Positions 40,275-52,765 of a stretch of DNA of 64,000 nt are shown in pieces. Every line of letters starts with the position of its first letter. The stretch's first letter is position 1. The position numbers and the translations under genes are program-made. The notes under the pieces are model-generated. The model saw only the letters and a list, made by a program, of their open reading frames with translations, was not told the origin of the DNA and did not search any database. Origin of the DNA: Camelus ferus (taxonomy: Eukaryota); NCBI RefSeq assembly GCF_009834535.1, contig NC_045696.1, forward strand, positions 55,492,001-55,556,000, written 5' to 3'.

Positions 40275-41365
40275 CAGCACAGCACCCAGAGTGACCCTGT
40301 TAGGTCAGATCAGGTCACTCCTCTGCCCAAGTCCTTCCAATGGCTTCCTGTCTCACTCAGCGTGAACGCTTAAGTCCCAGCTGTAAACAAAAGGGCTTGT
40401 GTTACATTTCTACTGCTGTTGTCATAAATTACTACAAACAGTGGCATAAAGCGACATAAATTTATTATTTCATAGTTCTGAGGTCAAAACTCCAAAGTGA
40501 GTCTCCTTAAGTAGCCATCTGATCTCAGGATGGTAACAGAGCTATGTTCTTTTCTGGAGAATCCATTTCCTTACATTCTTCAGCCTCTGGAGTTGACCTT
40601 TTTTCCTTGGCTCGTGGCCCCCTTCCTCCATCTTCAAAGCTATCAACACAGGGCTCAGTCCTTGTCACACTGCCATCTCTCTGACTCACTCCCTCCTTCC
40701 TCCTTCCACACTTAAGGATCCTTGAATGATCCAAGATAATCTCATCTCAGGTCAGTTGAACAGTGACCCTAATTCCATGTGCAATCATACTCTCCCTTTG
40801 CCGTGTAAGGTCACATATCCACGGGTTCTAGGGATTAGGAAGGGGGCCTCATTGGTTGTGGGGTTGGGGGTATTATTCTGCTTACCACAACGCCTAACTT
40901 GGTCGGGTCCCCCATGACCTCTCTAATCACTGATTCATTTTCCCTCCCTCGCTCTGCACTGACGGCCATGATCTCCTCAATGTCCCTTGAACACGCAGAA
41001 GCATGTTCACTTCAGGGCCACTGAAACTGTTCTGTCCCCAGATTTTTGCATAGCTCTCCTTTCACTTCCCCGCAGTCTTTTCTTACATGTCACCTGAAGT
41101 GAAGCATTTGCTGACCTTTCTGTCTAAAATAAAAAGTGTGAAGGCATTTTTAAATCTCTTTCCCTATTGTATTTTTTCTAAGCACTCCATCACTAACACA
41201 CTTTCTGTTTTACTTGGTAATCTTGCCTGTTTACGTCTGCATCACCTGATAGAACCAATGAGGACAGGGATTTTGATTTGTTTTATTCGTTGCTGAATTC
41301 TTGGTACCTTTAACAGTGCCTGGCACATAGCAGACACTGAATAAACATTTTGAATAGATGAATCA
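40275..41365 (+). mobile_element. L2 3' region split by an MLT1 LTR
   Basis: agatcaggtcactcctctgccc...cagtgcctggcacatagcagacactgaataaacattttgaatagatgaa. Confidence 0.75.
40398..40889 (-). mobile_element. MaLR solo LTR (MLT1D-like)
   Basis: Minus strand begins TGTGGTAAGCAGAATAAT and ends ...AACACA; ~490 bp; includes the MLT1-type motif ctcgtggccccttcctccatcttcaaagc. Confidence 0.8.
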
Positions 41366-41379
41366 GTGATTGAAGCAAA

Positions 41380-42785
41380 ATTTCACCAGACTGAAACCAA
41401 CCAGAACACACTCTGACCACAGTGATATGAAGCTAGGCATCAGTAACAAGATGGACACAACACACACGAACTTGGATGTTAAGAAGGCACCTCTAAATAA
41501 TTCAAGATCTAAGATGAAATCATAAAGGAAGCTAAAAAGTATTTAGAAGAAAACAATAATAAATATATTTTATATTAAAGTCTGTGAAATGTGGCTAGAA
41601 TATATACTTGGAGACTTAAAGCCTTAAATAAATGTTCATGTTAAAAAACATGAAAGCCTATATCTTGGCAATTATAAATACTGTTGCTGTTAATAGTAGG
41701 GTGTATGTATCATTTTGAATTAATTCTTATTTTGTGGTTGGCTTTATTCTTTTGATAACTATGTAAGTTTAAAAAGCTAAAGCTCTAAACATTTTTAGAA
41801 ACAATGAACAGTACATATATGTAAATTTAAAAAAATTCATGCAGTATACCGTGTATATGTATTTAGATGCAATATATTGTATATATGCAGTCAGATTGTA
41901 ACTATTCTACCTAATAAAACTGAAAAATGAAAAAAAAAGATGAAAGCCTAAACACAAGTGAATTAAGATCTAGCTTAAGAATTTTGACAAAGAAAATAAA
42001 ATAGGTCCAAAGAAAAGAGGAGTAAGATAATAAAGAGATAAAATTAATAAGATATTAAACAAACATATAAAAGAGATGATAAACAAAGGCAAAAGTTGGT
42101 ATCTTGAAAAGCTTAATTAAATTAACCAAACTGTGGTGAGACTAATCTAAATCAAAAATGAGATAAAGTGCTCAAATAATTTCAGAATAAACATGGAGAG
42201 ATCACTACAGATGCTGCAGATATTAAAAAGATAAGGAGAAAAATGAACAATTCTATGTCAATAAATTTGAAAACTTGGAAGAAATGAACAAACTCCTAGA
42301 AAAATATAACTTATCAACACTTGTTCAAAAATGAACATAAGACCTGAATCGTCTTATACGGGTAAGGTAATTGAAGTAACAGTGTAAAATCTTCCTACAA
42401 ATAAAACTTCCTATCCAGACAATTAATACCAGCAATTTTTATTAAATAATCAGGAAATTAAAAATTCCAGTCTTTTGCAAAGTATCTAAGAATACAGAAA
42501 AAAGCTGAAATACTCCTCAACTCATTTTATGATGCTAGTATTATACTGAATACCAAATATTGGCAAAGATAATGGTAGACGGGGACAAGGGCCCATTTCC
42601 ATCATCGAGAGAGATGCAAATGAATATTTGGAAACCAAATCCAGTGATGTATGAAAAGGCTAATGCATCACACCAATTGAATTTATTTCAGGAATGTAAG
42701 ATTAGTTTAATACTTGAAAAATAATGCCATTCATACATTAATAGATGAAAGGAGAAAAATCATGTGATCATTTCATTAAGTGTCT
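41380..42785 (+). mobile_element. Old L1 ORF2 (EN-RT linker) fragment
   Basis: ctctgaccacagtg..., atcactacagatgctgcagatattaaaaag, aaacttggaagaaatgaacaaactcctagaaaaa. Confidence 0.8.
41661..41932 (+). mobile_element. L1-mediated chimeric insertion: inverted L1 fragment plus non-L1 polyadenylated segment
   Basis: TSD aaaaaa(c/g)atgaaagccta (41643-41660; 41933-41950). First ~60 bp are antisense L1 ORF2 end; AATAAA at 41913-41918 precedes an A-rich tail. Confidence 0.7.
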
Positions 42786-42789
42786 GAGT

Positions 42790-43820
42790 AGGCAAGGCTT
42801 TGAGAAATTTAGTTGCCACTCCTGGAGTAGTAAAATCAGCATAAAACTGTGGAGTAGGTGACCACTTTTTATGGCACTATACTGCTTAAAGGACGAAGAT
42901 AACATGCTCAAATCCCTAAATTCTGGGCTCAAGTCCTGGACTGAAACGTAGGTGCTTTCTAAGAGTGTGCTAAAAGAATGTTAGTTACCTCTTAAAGATT
43001 CAGGGTTGAAATAGGTTCAGGGCCTCATAATCACTTTCAAAAATAAGGTCTGTAGCCTTTATATCTCAGTCATTTCTTTGTCATTTAAATAGTTAGAGTT
43101 TTAACTAACACTTTTTCTTTCCTTTTCCCCATTATTTTACTTAGGATGTGATGGTGGCAGGTAGCTTTACAGTTAGTCCACAGACTGAACAATATCAAGA
43201 CAGAAGAACAACCCAAGAAGAAGAATGGGTATCACCGCTGGACTTAAATCTGGAAACCATAACTAATATTAGACTTTGGGTTGTCTTCTAAGATGGAAGA
43301 ATTAAGTGATTTTTTCAGTTGTAAGAAAGATGCATGCATTATGTATTTTTTAAAGTATAAATATAAGCATTGGTGGATGTTGGGTATCTGAAGGGCTAGA
43401 AACTCGGGAATTTTTTTGATTGCTAAACATTTTTTGACTGCTAAGCATCAAGATCCCCTTCCAACATTCAGAGAATTCCCCAAAGTTTGATTCTCAATAG
43501 GAATCAGAGTTCCACTGCAAAAGCCAGAAGTGCTCCCCCACCTTCCAGCAACCAGAGTGCAGTCAGGGCAACCAGGTATGGCATCCAGTACATGGTGCTG
43601 GCAGTGGTGGTGGTGCCAGGAGCTGTCCAGTGAGTCCTCACTGGATTGTGCCCATGGTGTCATTTTGGTTACCTAGCCTCCTTTGGTTGCTACTTGTTTT
43701 CTGATCCTCTAGACGCCCCCTCCGCCAGCTTTTCTATGAGCTATGCAACATCTTGGACCTTTTCTGTTTTAATTACTCACCATCAATTTCTGTTGCTTGC
43801 CACCAAGAACATTGTCTTTA
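42790..43820 (+). mobile_element. Degraded ERVL internal fragments followed by an LTR33-like LTR (~43410-43820)
   Basis: ERVL-int-like segments; LTR 3' motif tttctgttgcttgccaccaagaac. Confidence 0.5.
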
Positions 43821-44074
43821 GGATTAAAGTGTTCTGAGGTTCTTCTCTCTCTAGAAGGAGGTTAGAAATATTCATTAACTTATACTTTAAGTGGGGAAAG
43901 TCACACTTGACAAGAGCCATCAGAGAAGATCTTTCTAAAGCAGTAACAACTAGGCTAATACTCAGAAGACACAAAGAAGCAAGCCATGAAAAGAACCAGA
44001 AATTTCAAAAAGATAGACTCTAGTCTGGTAACATACTTGATCAGTTGGATGTACATTTCAGATCTAAATTCAGT

Positions 44075-44310
44075 CCTTATTTATGGCATACTTAATACAT
44101 GCCAGATACCATGCTGTGTGTTTTAACGTACATAGTCGTATATAAATCCTCACAAAAACCCTGTGAGATAGGTGGTTTTACCCCCATTTTCCACCTGAAG
44201 AAAACTGAGATTCAGAGAAGCTTTGAACTGCTTGATCATGACCACTCAGCTCTTAAGTAGTAAAACCCAACTTTTCTGACTCTAAGGCCAGTATTCTTTC
44301 CACTGTACCG
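44075..44310 (-). mobile_element. MIR SINE
   Basis: aatcctcacaaaaaccctgtgagataggtgg...ccccattttccacctgaagaaaactgag. Confidence 0.75.
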
Positions 44311-44756
44311 TGATATCTCTATTTCATTTAGCAACCTGATTAACAATTGGAACTGATAATATTTCTGCTACTTTTTAATGGTAAAGAATTGTTGGTTCAG
44401 ATGTTAGCCTGTCTTCTGAATCCGTTCATGAACAATCTTCCTTAAAAGATATAGACTTACACAATTAAATGGATACCAATGCCCTTAAAAATTAATCTAA
44501 AATTTTATGAGCTTGAAAGACTAAATAATACCTGGATTGTATGTGTCATTAATAATAAAATCAGTAATAACCCATAAACATGAAATTCAAATTAAAAAAC
44601 AGTGAGGCATGCTAATGTTTCTATAGTAACACAATGAGGAAGAAGTTAGATGGCCTAAAAGATATTTTAATTCCAGTAAATTGGTACACAGCTTTAATGT
44701 CATTTTAGAAACATCCGTATATCTATTCATTATTACCAAAATCCACATATTAACAC

Positions 44757-45302
44757 TGTGTGATCCTAAAGGAAGCGTGTCACAGGGTTAGACCCTTCTT
44801 GTGCATCATTTCAGACCTTCTCAGCCCTACCTCTTCTTCCAGCCTGTGCTGCAGGCTTAGATCAGCTTCTCACAGTGTAACCTGACAGTGACTTGCTTCA
44901 CCCTGGCCTATACCAAGGCTCCTCTCTGCTCAGGAGCCTCTCTGACCCTGCTGCCTGGGACACCAGCAGAAATCTGGTGGCAGTGACTTGTACAACCCAG
45001 AAGCACAGGGATGTCAACACTTGTGGGGCCACTCTTGACCAGCGTGGGTTGGGAGCCGGCAGATAGTCCTTCTCCCTCGCATTCTCCAAAGGACAGTTCT
45101 TAGTTCATCAAGTTTCCCAGAAGGTCTTGGCATGATCAACAGTAACCAACCGACACTGAACATATCCTTGACTGGATTTTCTTCCCTCCCTTTCCACACC
45201 ACCATCAATTAACCCTGCCCTCTGGAATTAATTTTTAAATAAACTAACTTTACATAAGCCTTTGACTCAAGACAAACTTTCAGGAGAATCCAGGCTAAGA
45301 GA
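44757..45302 (+). mobile_element. ERVL solo LTR (LTR41/LTR52-like)
   Basis: Starts tgtg; 3' end aataaactaactttacataagcctttgactcaag...ggagaatccaggctaaga. Confidence 0.55.
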
Positions 45303-45539
45303 CCTATTTAAGTAATTTTATGTATCTGTTACACAATTCTTACTAAGATTCTACAACAGTTTATTAATAGCCAGATCTTTTCAAATTGCACATCAAATCT
45401 ATTGGAATAGTATGTTTCCTCTTATCCTAGAGGTCTTGGCAGGTCTCTGTTATGTCTCTTTCTTAATATCTAGAGTTAAATAAAGCAAATACAAAATAAA
45501 GCTTTTACATTTGAACTTCTAAATGATAAAAGATTTACT

Positions 45540-45755
45540 CAGTTCCAACTTTGCTGTATTTTTAAATAACCTTTGGAAAGTCACTTACCCTCTCTATGCC
45601 TCAACTATCACGTTTATAAAAATGAGTTGTATTTCCTACTTTATGATTGTTATAAAGATTCAATGAGGTAATGTATGTGAAAATGCCTGTTGCAGGGCCT
45701 GGCAGACAATCAGTCTGGCAAGTAATGTTAGCTGCCATTATTATTATCATTATTA
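45540..45755 (+). mobile_element. MIR SINE
   Basis: aagtcacttaccctctctatgcctca...caatgaggtaatgtatgtgaaaatgcc. Confidence 0.7.
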
Positions 45756-46249
45756 GTAGATTATTAATTTTATTTGAAAGTCTGCCATCGTGGGGATAAA
45801 ATATCCATTTTGTGGACTTGGCAGTTTCACCAAAAACCTTCTACTGATTGCATTTTGCAGCCATAACCAAATATTTGAATTCATTTGTGTTTGGAATCAA
45901 GATATATCCATAGAATATACTTAGTAAACCTGTGTATGGATCTTTGAAATGAGAGACTTCAAGGCATTATTGCTTTAACAAATGCCTTTGCCCCACAAAC
46001 AACCCTATCCTGTCCTCCCACCATTACTGAATGGACACAGCTTCCGTGCGGCTCCTCAACTATTTTACAAATATAGAAAAATCCAGGTATGATTGTTGAG
46101 TGGCAACTAAACGGTTATATCATGTTAAGTGTACAGCTACTTTATTAGGAGGTTAATAAAAATGACTGGGTTAATAAATTGACTGTTTGTCCAGGAATTC
46201 CAGAGGTCCCATTGCTGGATCCCTAGCTATTCCTGTCCTCGCTGTAGTT

Positions 46250-46268
46250 TAGCGCCACCTAGTGGCAC
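46250..46268 (-). promoter_or_regulatory. CTCF binding motif
   Basis: Minus strand GTGCCACTAGGTGGCGCTA versus consensus TGGCCACCAGGGGGCGCTA. Lies in apparently unique sequence. Confidence 0.7.
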
Positions 46269-46639
46269 CTCAAACTAAAGCTCAGCTACTGGGACTGTTT
46301 CTGGGTCCTGTATTGATTGGTCCTTCCAGGGCAGCCTCAGTGATTCCAGGAATAGTGAGTTGGTACTTGTTCCATCAGCTTGAAGCAAGAATACTGGGCC
46401 ATGACGTATGGGGACACATCCTCTGCTTCCTAAGACAGAACTACTTGCCATTTAACCTTCTAACCTCACTCACCCCACCACATCCTCCCTTAGAAAGTAA
46501 ACACTTCAGCCTCCACTCTCTTCATTCCCCCACCCAATATGAAAAAAAGAGCTGAACATAGAATAGGAATTGTGAACTTCATTATATACTAATTCTTATT
46601 ATTGTTAGGGCATGTTATAATAGGGTTTTACAGTATTTG

Positions 46640-46960
46640 TTGAAAGTATGCCATCTCCCAGGCTCTGCCCAAGGTACTGGTGATACAATAAGCAGTAAAA
46701 ATTGAAAGGTCTTTGCTCTTACAAAACCTCCAGTTTAGTGGAAAAGGCAGAAGTTTATCACATAATCCTACAAACAAATGTGACGAGGTATGAAGGAGAG
46801 ATACCGATGCTAACTGGGCTTGTCAAAGAATTTAACATAATTACAGAGATCTGGGGAAAAGCTCCCTGAAAAAATGATTCCTCTACAAAGACCAAAGGTT
46901 GACCAAGCAAAGGAAAAGTAGATAGTTTCTGGCACAGGCAATAGAATGTGTAATGGAGAT
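46640..46960 (-). mobile_element. L2 fragment
   Basis: ccaggctctgcccaaggtactggtgatacaataagc...ctccagtttagtggaaaaggcag. Confidence 0.6.
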
Positions 46961-49444
46961 ATTTTGAAATGATTAAAACTACACACTTGTAATTCCCCTT
47001 TGTAAATCACATTTTCTTGCAATTGCCCCAGCCTTTTTAGGCCAAGCCATAAGTTTTGTTGTGCACAGAGAAGGACAGAAAAGTCACCTCAGGGAAAAAA
47101 AAGGTCATTCTTCTGCTTTGAGAATGACAGGTACTTCTTTGAGTCCATGGCATGGCTACTTTCTTGTAGCCAAGCTTCAAGAGAGGGCAAATTTCTACCC
47201 ACTTTTATTGCTTTTGTTGGCATTATTGTTTGTAGTTTTGATTGTTTTTCATTATAACAGCTCATTTTTAAGTATCAAGAGAAAAAGCAGAGGAATTTAG
47301 ACAAAGAGATTCTCTTGTACAAAGCAAAGACAGGTTAGAGAATATTATATAAACGAGGTTACAACCCTAGAAGGAAAGGGAAACTTTTCAAAGATGAACC
47401 AAGAGAGAGAAAGGGAGGGAAGGCCAGGAAGTCAAATTGGAGTGTCCTCCCTTTCCCTGGAGGGGTTAGTAGTTCAGAAGGCACTGGTGCAATTAGGCAA
47501 ATGGACGGTGGAAGAGCAATGGCTGGGGGAAAGTCCTGATGAGTAGGCCAGAATATGGTCTCACAGAGCAGCATGGACTCCATTATGATGGTGCATTAGG
47601 ACAGGCTTGAGTTAGCATGTTCTTGGTTGAGGAAACGAAAGGCACTCTGAGATGCCAAGGAAACTGGTGTGCCAGCGGGACCCTGCAGTTGGAATGAAAT
47701 GACCACAGATGAAGGAGCACGCCACTGTCAGAAAGATGTTCTCCTGTGTGTTCTTCTAAAAGCTTTATTGTTTTGCCTTTCACATGTATGTCTGCAATCC
47801 ATATGGATTTGATGTTTGTGTGTGGTGTGAAGTAAGGATAGCCAGTTAACCAGTACCATTCACTGAGATCAAGAAAAAGCCATTCCTTAATCAACTTCAG
47901 TGTAGCCTGCATAAATGACACAAATGAACATGCATGGGGTTTCTGCCTCTGTTCTGTTCTCACTGATCAATTTCTCTATCCTAGCCCTAACAATGCACTG
48001 TCTTAATTACTATAGGTATAGAATAGTCTTGACAACTGTTACTAACTTTGTTCTCCTTAAGATCACCTTGGCTACTCTTGGTCCTTTACATTTCCCTGTG
48101 AATTTTACAATCATGCCTCAATTTCCACAATGAAATCTCCTGGAATTTTGATTGGGATTGAGTGAAACTATAGATTAATTTTGGAAGAATTATAGCTTTA
48201 CTGTTTTAGGTCTCCCAATCCATGAACACGTCATACCAATCAATGTTTGTAGGGTTCTTTCATTTCTTACAATAATATTTAGTAGCTTCTTGTCCACTTT
48301 CAGTTAAGTTTATTCCTATGTAGGTGATGTTCTTTGACGCTATTGTAAATGGTTTCATTTTTCAAATTTCCTTTTCTATTTGGTTATTGCTAGCATACAG
48401 AAAAGTTTACCTTAACCCTTGTACATCTGACTTGTTTTCCACAATCTCACTAAATTCATTTATTGACTCCAACAGTTTGTCTATAGATTCTTTGAATTGT
48501 CTATATACATAATCATGTCATCTAAAAATGAGTTTATTTCTTCCTTTTCAATCCTTATTTACTTGTTTTTCTTACCTTATTACACTTCCTGAGACCAAAT
48601 GTGTGGAGTGGAAGTGGTAGTAGTAGGCTCCTTGTCAGAGGAAAAGACTTTAATATTTTGTTGTTTATTATGATGTCTCCTATAGATTGTATCTACTATT
48701 TTTATCAAATGAAGGAAAATCCATTTTATTCCAAGTTTAACATGAATTTTTTAAAAAAAAATCATTAATGTGTCTTAAGTTTTCTCAAATGCTATCTATT
48801 TGTTGTAACTATCATGGATTTTCTCTTTTTTTCCTGGTAGTGTGTAAATTACCTTAATTGATTTTGAATACTTCACTACCATTTTGTCTGTGAAATAAAC
48901 CCCACTAGTCACGATGTATTATTCTTTTCACATATAAACTGATTTTTTCATGCTTTATTATGAATTTTTGAATCTACTTTCATGAGAGATTCGTCTGCAA
49001 TTTTTTCTTACAATTTCCTTGTCAAGTTTTAAAGTCAAGGTTTTGCTGGCCTCAAAAAAGAAAAATAAGGAAATAGTTCCTTTTTTCTATTTTATAAAAG
49101 AATTTGTGCAAGATTTATTTTATCTCACCCATAAATGTAAGAATTCACTTTTGTATCCATCAAACCTGGAGTTTTCATTATGGAAAATTGTTTTTAGAGG
49201 ACAACCTTCTGAATAAATAGAACACGATTCAGGCTTTCGATTTCTTCTTCTATCAGATTTGGTTAGTTGTATTTTTCAAAAATCTATCCATTTCATCCAA
49301 ATTCACTGGTATAAAAGTGTTCATAATAGTCTCTGTATATTTTTGATGTCTGTAAAATCTGCAATAATGTCATCTTCTTTATAACTTGTGCAGGTAATTT
49401 GTATTTATTTATTTTATAATGGTGGAACAGGAATAGAATAACAG

Positions 49445-49602
49445 AGTCCACTTGGATTAAATAATCCAGGATGATCTCACTTCAAAATCCTAATTTAATT
49501 ACATTTTCAAAAACTCTTTTTCCAAACAAGGTAGCTTTCACAGGTTCTGGGGATCAGGACATGAACCTGTATTTTTGGGCATCACCATCTAGCCCATTAC
49601 AC
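49445..49602 (-). mobile_element. MaLR LTR 5' fragment (MLT1B/C-like)
   Basis: Minus strand TGTAATGGGCTAGATGG...CCCCAGAACCTGTGAA...TTTGGAAAAAGAG. Confidence 0.6.
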
Positions 49603-49823
49603 CTTGGTTTGCAACAGTTTTACAATGATGTTCCCAGATGTAGTATTCTTTGTATTTATCATGTTTGTGGTTGGCTGAGTTCTTTCATCCATGGCTTGAT
49701 TTATTTTAAAAGTTTTAGGATATTCTCAGTTATAACCTCTTCAAATGTTGCTTCTACTCCATTCTCTTCTCTTTTTCTAGGTCTCTACTTAACATATTTT
49801 AGAACTTCTAAGTATGATTCATA

Positions 49824-50018
49824 TGAAGGGTGTGCTGGAGTCAGTTTGCACCAGCTTGCCAGAGTCAACTGTTAAGTATTCAGGAATTTTGTGAGATGTC
49901 TGTTAAATTATGAGTAGCTTGAAATCAACTATGGTGATAGTGTTTACACCACGACAATCAGTTATATCACTACAACTCAAGACTTTCTTTTTCAGAAAGC
50001 TGGATTCTAGCATGCCAC
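49824..50018. mobile_element. MER63-like hAT-Blackjack non-autonomous element
   Basis: ggtgtgctggagtcag...gtattcaggaattttgtgag...tagcatgccac; ~200 bp with imperfect TIRs. Confidence 0.65.
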
Positions 50019-50229
50019 ATACACGTTTGCTATACTCTGTTCTGTTCTATCTTTTTGTCTCTCCATGCCTCATCTTGGATATTTTATCTTGAACTGTCTT
50101 CCACTTTACTAAGTCTGTATTTGACTATGTCCAATCTCATAAAACCCATCTATTGAGTTCTTAATTTCAGATACTGTACTTTTTAGTTTTTCAGTCTGGA
50201 GATTCTAATAAACTGCCAATCTTAAGCAA

Positions 50230-50632
50230 CACTGACCTCATCAAAGAAACTACTACAAGATTGAGGTCTGGGTTGAGGCACCTGTGACTCTCATGGTTTT
50301 CCCTCACCTGTACAAGATAAATGACACGCCCCCATCTATTACACCTTTCATGTTTCATGGAGGAAAGAGGAACAAGTCCATAAAGCAGAAAAGGCATACC
50401 AATCATGGATCACTCACTTTTAACACGTAGTCCCAGAAGTTCTAACCTTAAACTTCCATTTGTACATCATTGACCCAAACTGTATCACTTGTCCACTTCT
50501 ATCTACAAGGGAAGATGGGAAATGTAGTATTTGTTAACCTGAATACAATGTTTCCCCTAAGAAAATGGGGCCCCCATAGTAAGGAAAATGGAGAGAATGG
50601 GTGTTGGGTGGGCAGCTGCAATCTCTGTGACA
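50230..50632 (-). mobile_element. MaLR LTR (MLT1I/J-like)
   Basis: cattgacccaaactg...caagggaagatgggaaatgtagt...gcagctgcaatctctgtgaca. Confidence 0.55.
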
Positions 50633-51849
50633 GTTCTGTTCTTAGCACTCCTTTTAGCTTCTTTCTTATCTAATAAACTCCTCTCTATAATTGAACAAGA
50701 GAAAAATTATTTTCTGTTCCGAATACCTTATCAAAAGCCAAAAAAGAGTCCTATTATTTCCTATTTGCATGCAGGAAGCATGGCTTCCCTATCTGTTGGG
50801 ATCTTTTATCAGTAAGGAAGAAACATTTCACTGGCAACATATTTCTACATCATTCAGTTCTTCTCTCAAATAAGAGATGCTCAGTAAATGACTTTTTTAC
50901 TGATCTCTGGAGTCTGACCTTGGTCACAGATTCTCTGCCAAACTGCTTTTAAGTGATTCCAATCAGGCTTTCTAAGCAACTTTTAAAAAGTATGTTTTAA
51001 GTGGAATATATTGTTTTAAAATAGCTTTGTACTGTGTCATGTGACAGAAGGACAACAGTTTATCTACCTTGAAGAGATCACAATTGCGGGTATTTCTTAA
51101 TAGAGCATATAAACGTGTATTTTATTAGTGACAATGATCAACTATTTTCTGTATCTTTGGTAAAAGATAGAAGAGGCTTCAGTTTTAGAAGGTTGGATTG
51201 CTAATTAAGACCATAGAAACTATGAGAGAGTGAAATATATTACCAGGGAAATTAACTGAGTCACCTTTAAGCACGTCAAAACAAAGATTAGAAAAATTCC
51301 TCTTGGAAATACTATTTAAAGGGTGAAAGAAATATTAGAGGACCATTGTAACTCTTTGAGATTATAAATTGTAGTTTAAATATATCTGAAAAATGCAGAT
51401 ATTGATTTTGAAAAGGTCTAATTTCAGATAATAATGAAAACCTTAGGTGCCTCCCATGATACTCTGCAAGTAGCAGTTAGAAGGTAGGTGACATAAAAGG
51501 ACTAGATATCACTGTTAACGTTTACCCAGTGATTAGAAAATCAGTCTCCAACCTCTCCTTTTGGTCCTTTCAGAATAAACAAGTAGGTTAGGAAAACCAG
51601 TTGAAGAAAAGCGGGTTCAGAGGGAGGTGGGGGAGAAAAGAAATCACATACTTGCCACCAATTAAAAAGGTGCTACTTTGTTAACAGTTGCTCACTGCTT
51701 TGGGAGGAAATTTTTCGCTTCTCTGATTCTGTTGTCATGGCAATAAAAACTGAGCTCTATATCTTACCAGCGTTGAAATTCCATATAGCAATGATCCGCT
51801 GAAGTCTGAGACAACTCCGGAAGAAAAGGCATTGAGTAGGAGGAGTGAC

Positions 51850-52045
51850 AATTGCTGACCGCCTCCAGGAACCGGGCACTTTGCATGGTCTCATTTAGGC
51901 CTAACAGCAATGCTGAGAAGCAGCTTCAGTTTACACAGGAGGAAACTGGGGTCCATGAAGCACCTTAGCCAAGAACACACAAGTAAGTGGTGAAGCTGGA
52001 ATTCAGATGTTCTGACTTAGAGCCCATGCTGTATCCACTATATCA
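51850..52045 (-). mobile_element. MIR SINE
   Basis: gggcactttgcatggtctcattt...ttacacaggaggaaactggg...gaagctggaattcag. Confidence 0.7.
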
Positions 52046-52765
52046 TTGTTCTTCTGACCCAAAGGAGAAGATGGTGTAACTTTTAACCCTAGGTCCTCAG
52101 CAAGAATTTCAAATGTGTTTTTCTCATTCTTTTGAATATTAAAAGCAAAAATAAACTGATCTCCAGAAAGGGTGTACTTCTTTTCCTGGGATTCAGCATA
52201 TAGAACTGCTGGTATTCATACCTAGCACGAAATCATAGATTACAATATTGTTCTAGCTGTAAAACTAATAACATACTCAGAATACTTAAGGGAAAAATAG
52301 ACGTGGTGATGGGAGTTGAACTGATGAAGCAAGCAAACCCAAATGGTAACTGATTGATGACAATTTATGCAGACTCAAATTTTAACTGCTTTAAGATTAT
52401 TTTAATTTTTTTTTATTTAAAAAATTGTACCAGGGTGTCCTACCTGGACAACTAAGAATCAGACCTTCTGATGTGTAGGTAGTATCTAAGTATCTATCTT
52501 TAGAGTAAATGTGCATATGAGGGGATGGGAGGTTGGGGGTTTTTTGGTCTGTCTTTGGGTTTGGGGTTTTGGGCTTTGAATTTTCTGTTTGTTTGTTTTT
52601 GCTAAGGGAAGACAGAGAGGTATAAATTTACCTGTGGAATAAAGAAAAGGGAAAACTGGGGACAGTGATCAGGATGCTATGCCATTTCTCTCAATGTCTG
52701 TACTGGTGGATGGGCTCAAGTTCCTCTAAGGGCAGATGGCCCAAGCCGGTATATTTGTGAAGGTC

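Larger units (their letters stand above)
47735..50205 (-). mobile_element. Old L1 ORF2 region, interrupted by MLT1 and MER63 elements
   Basis: ORF 47583..47963 has L1-like PYFTPHTNIKSIWIADIHVKGKTIKLLEEH; long T-rich antisense L1 sequence. Confidence 0.75.
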
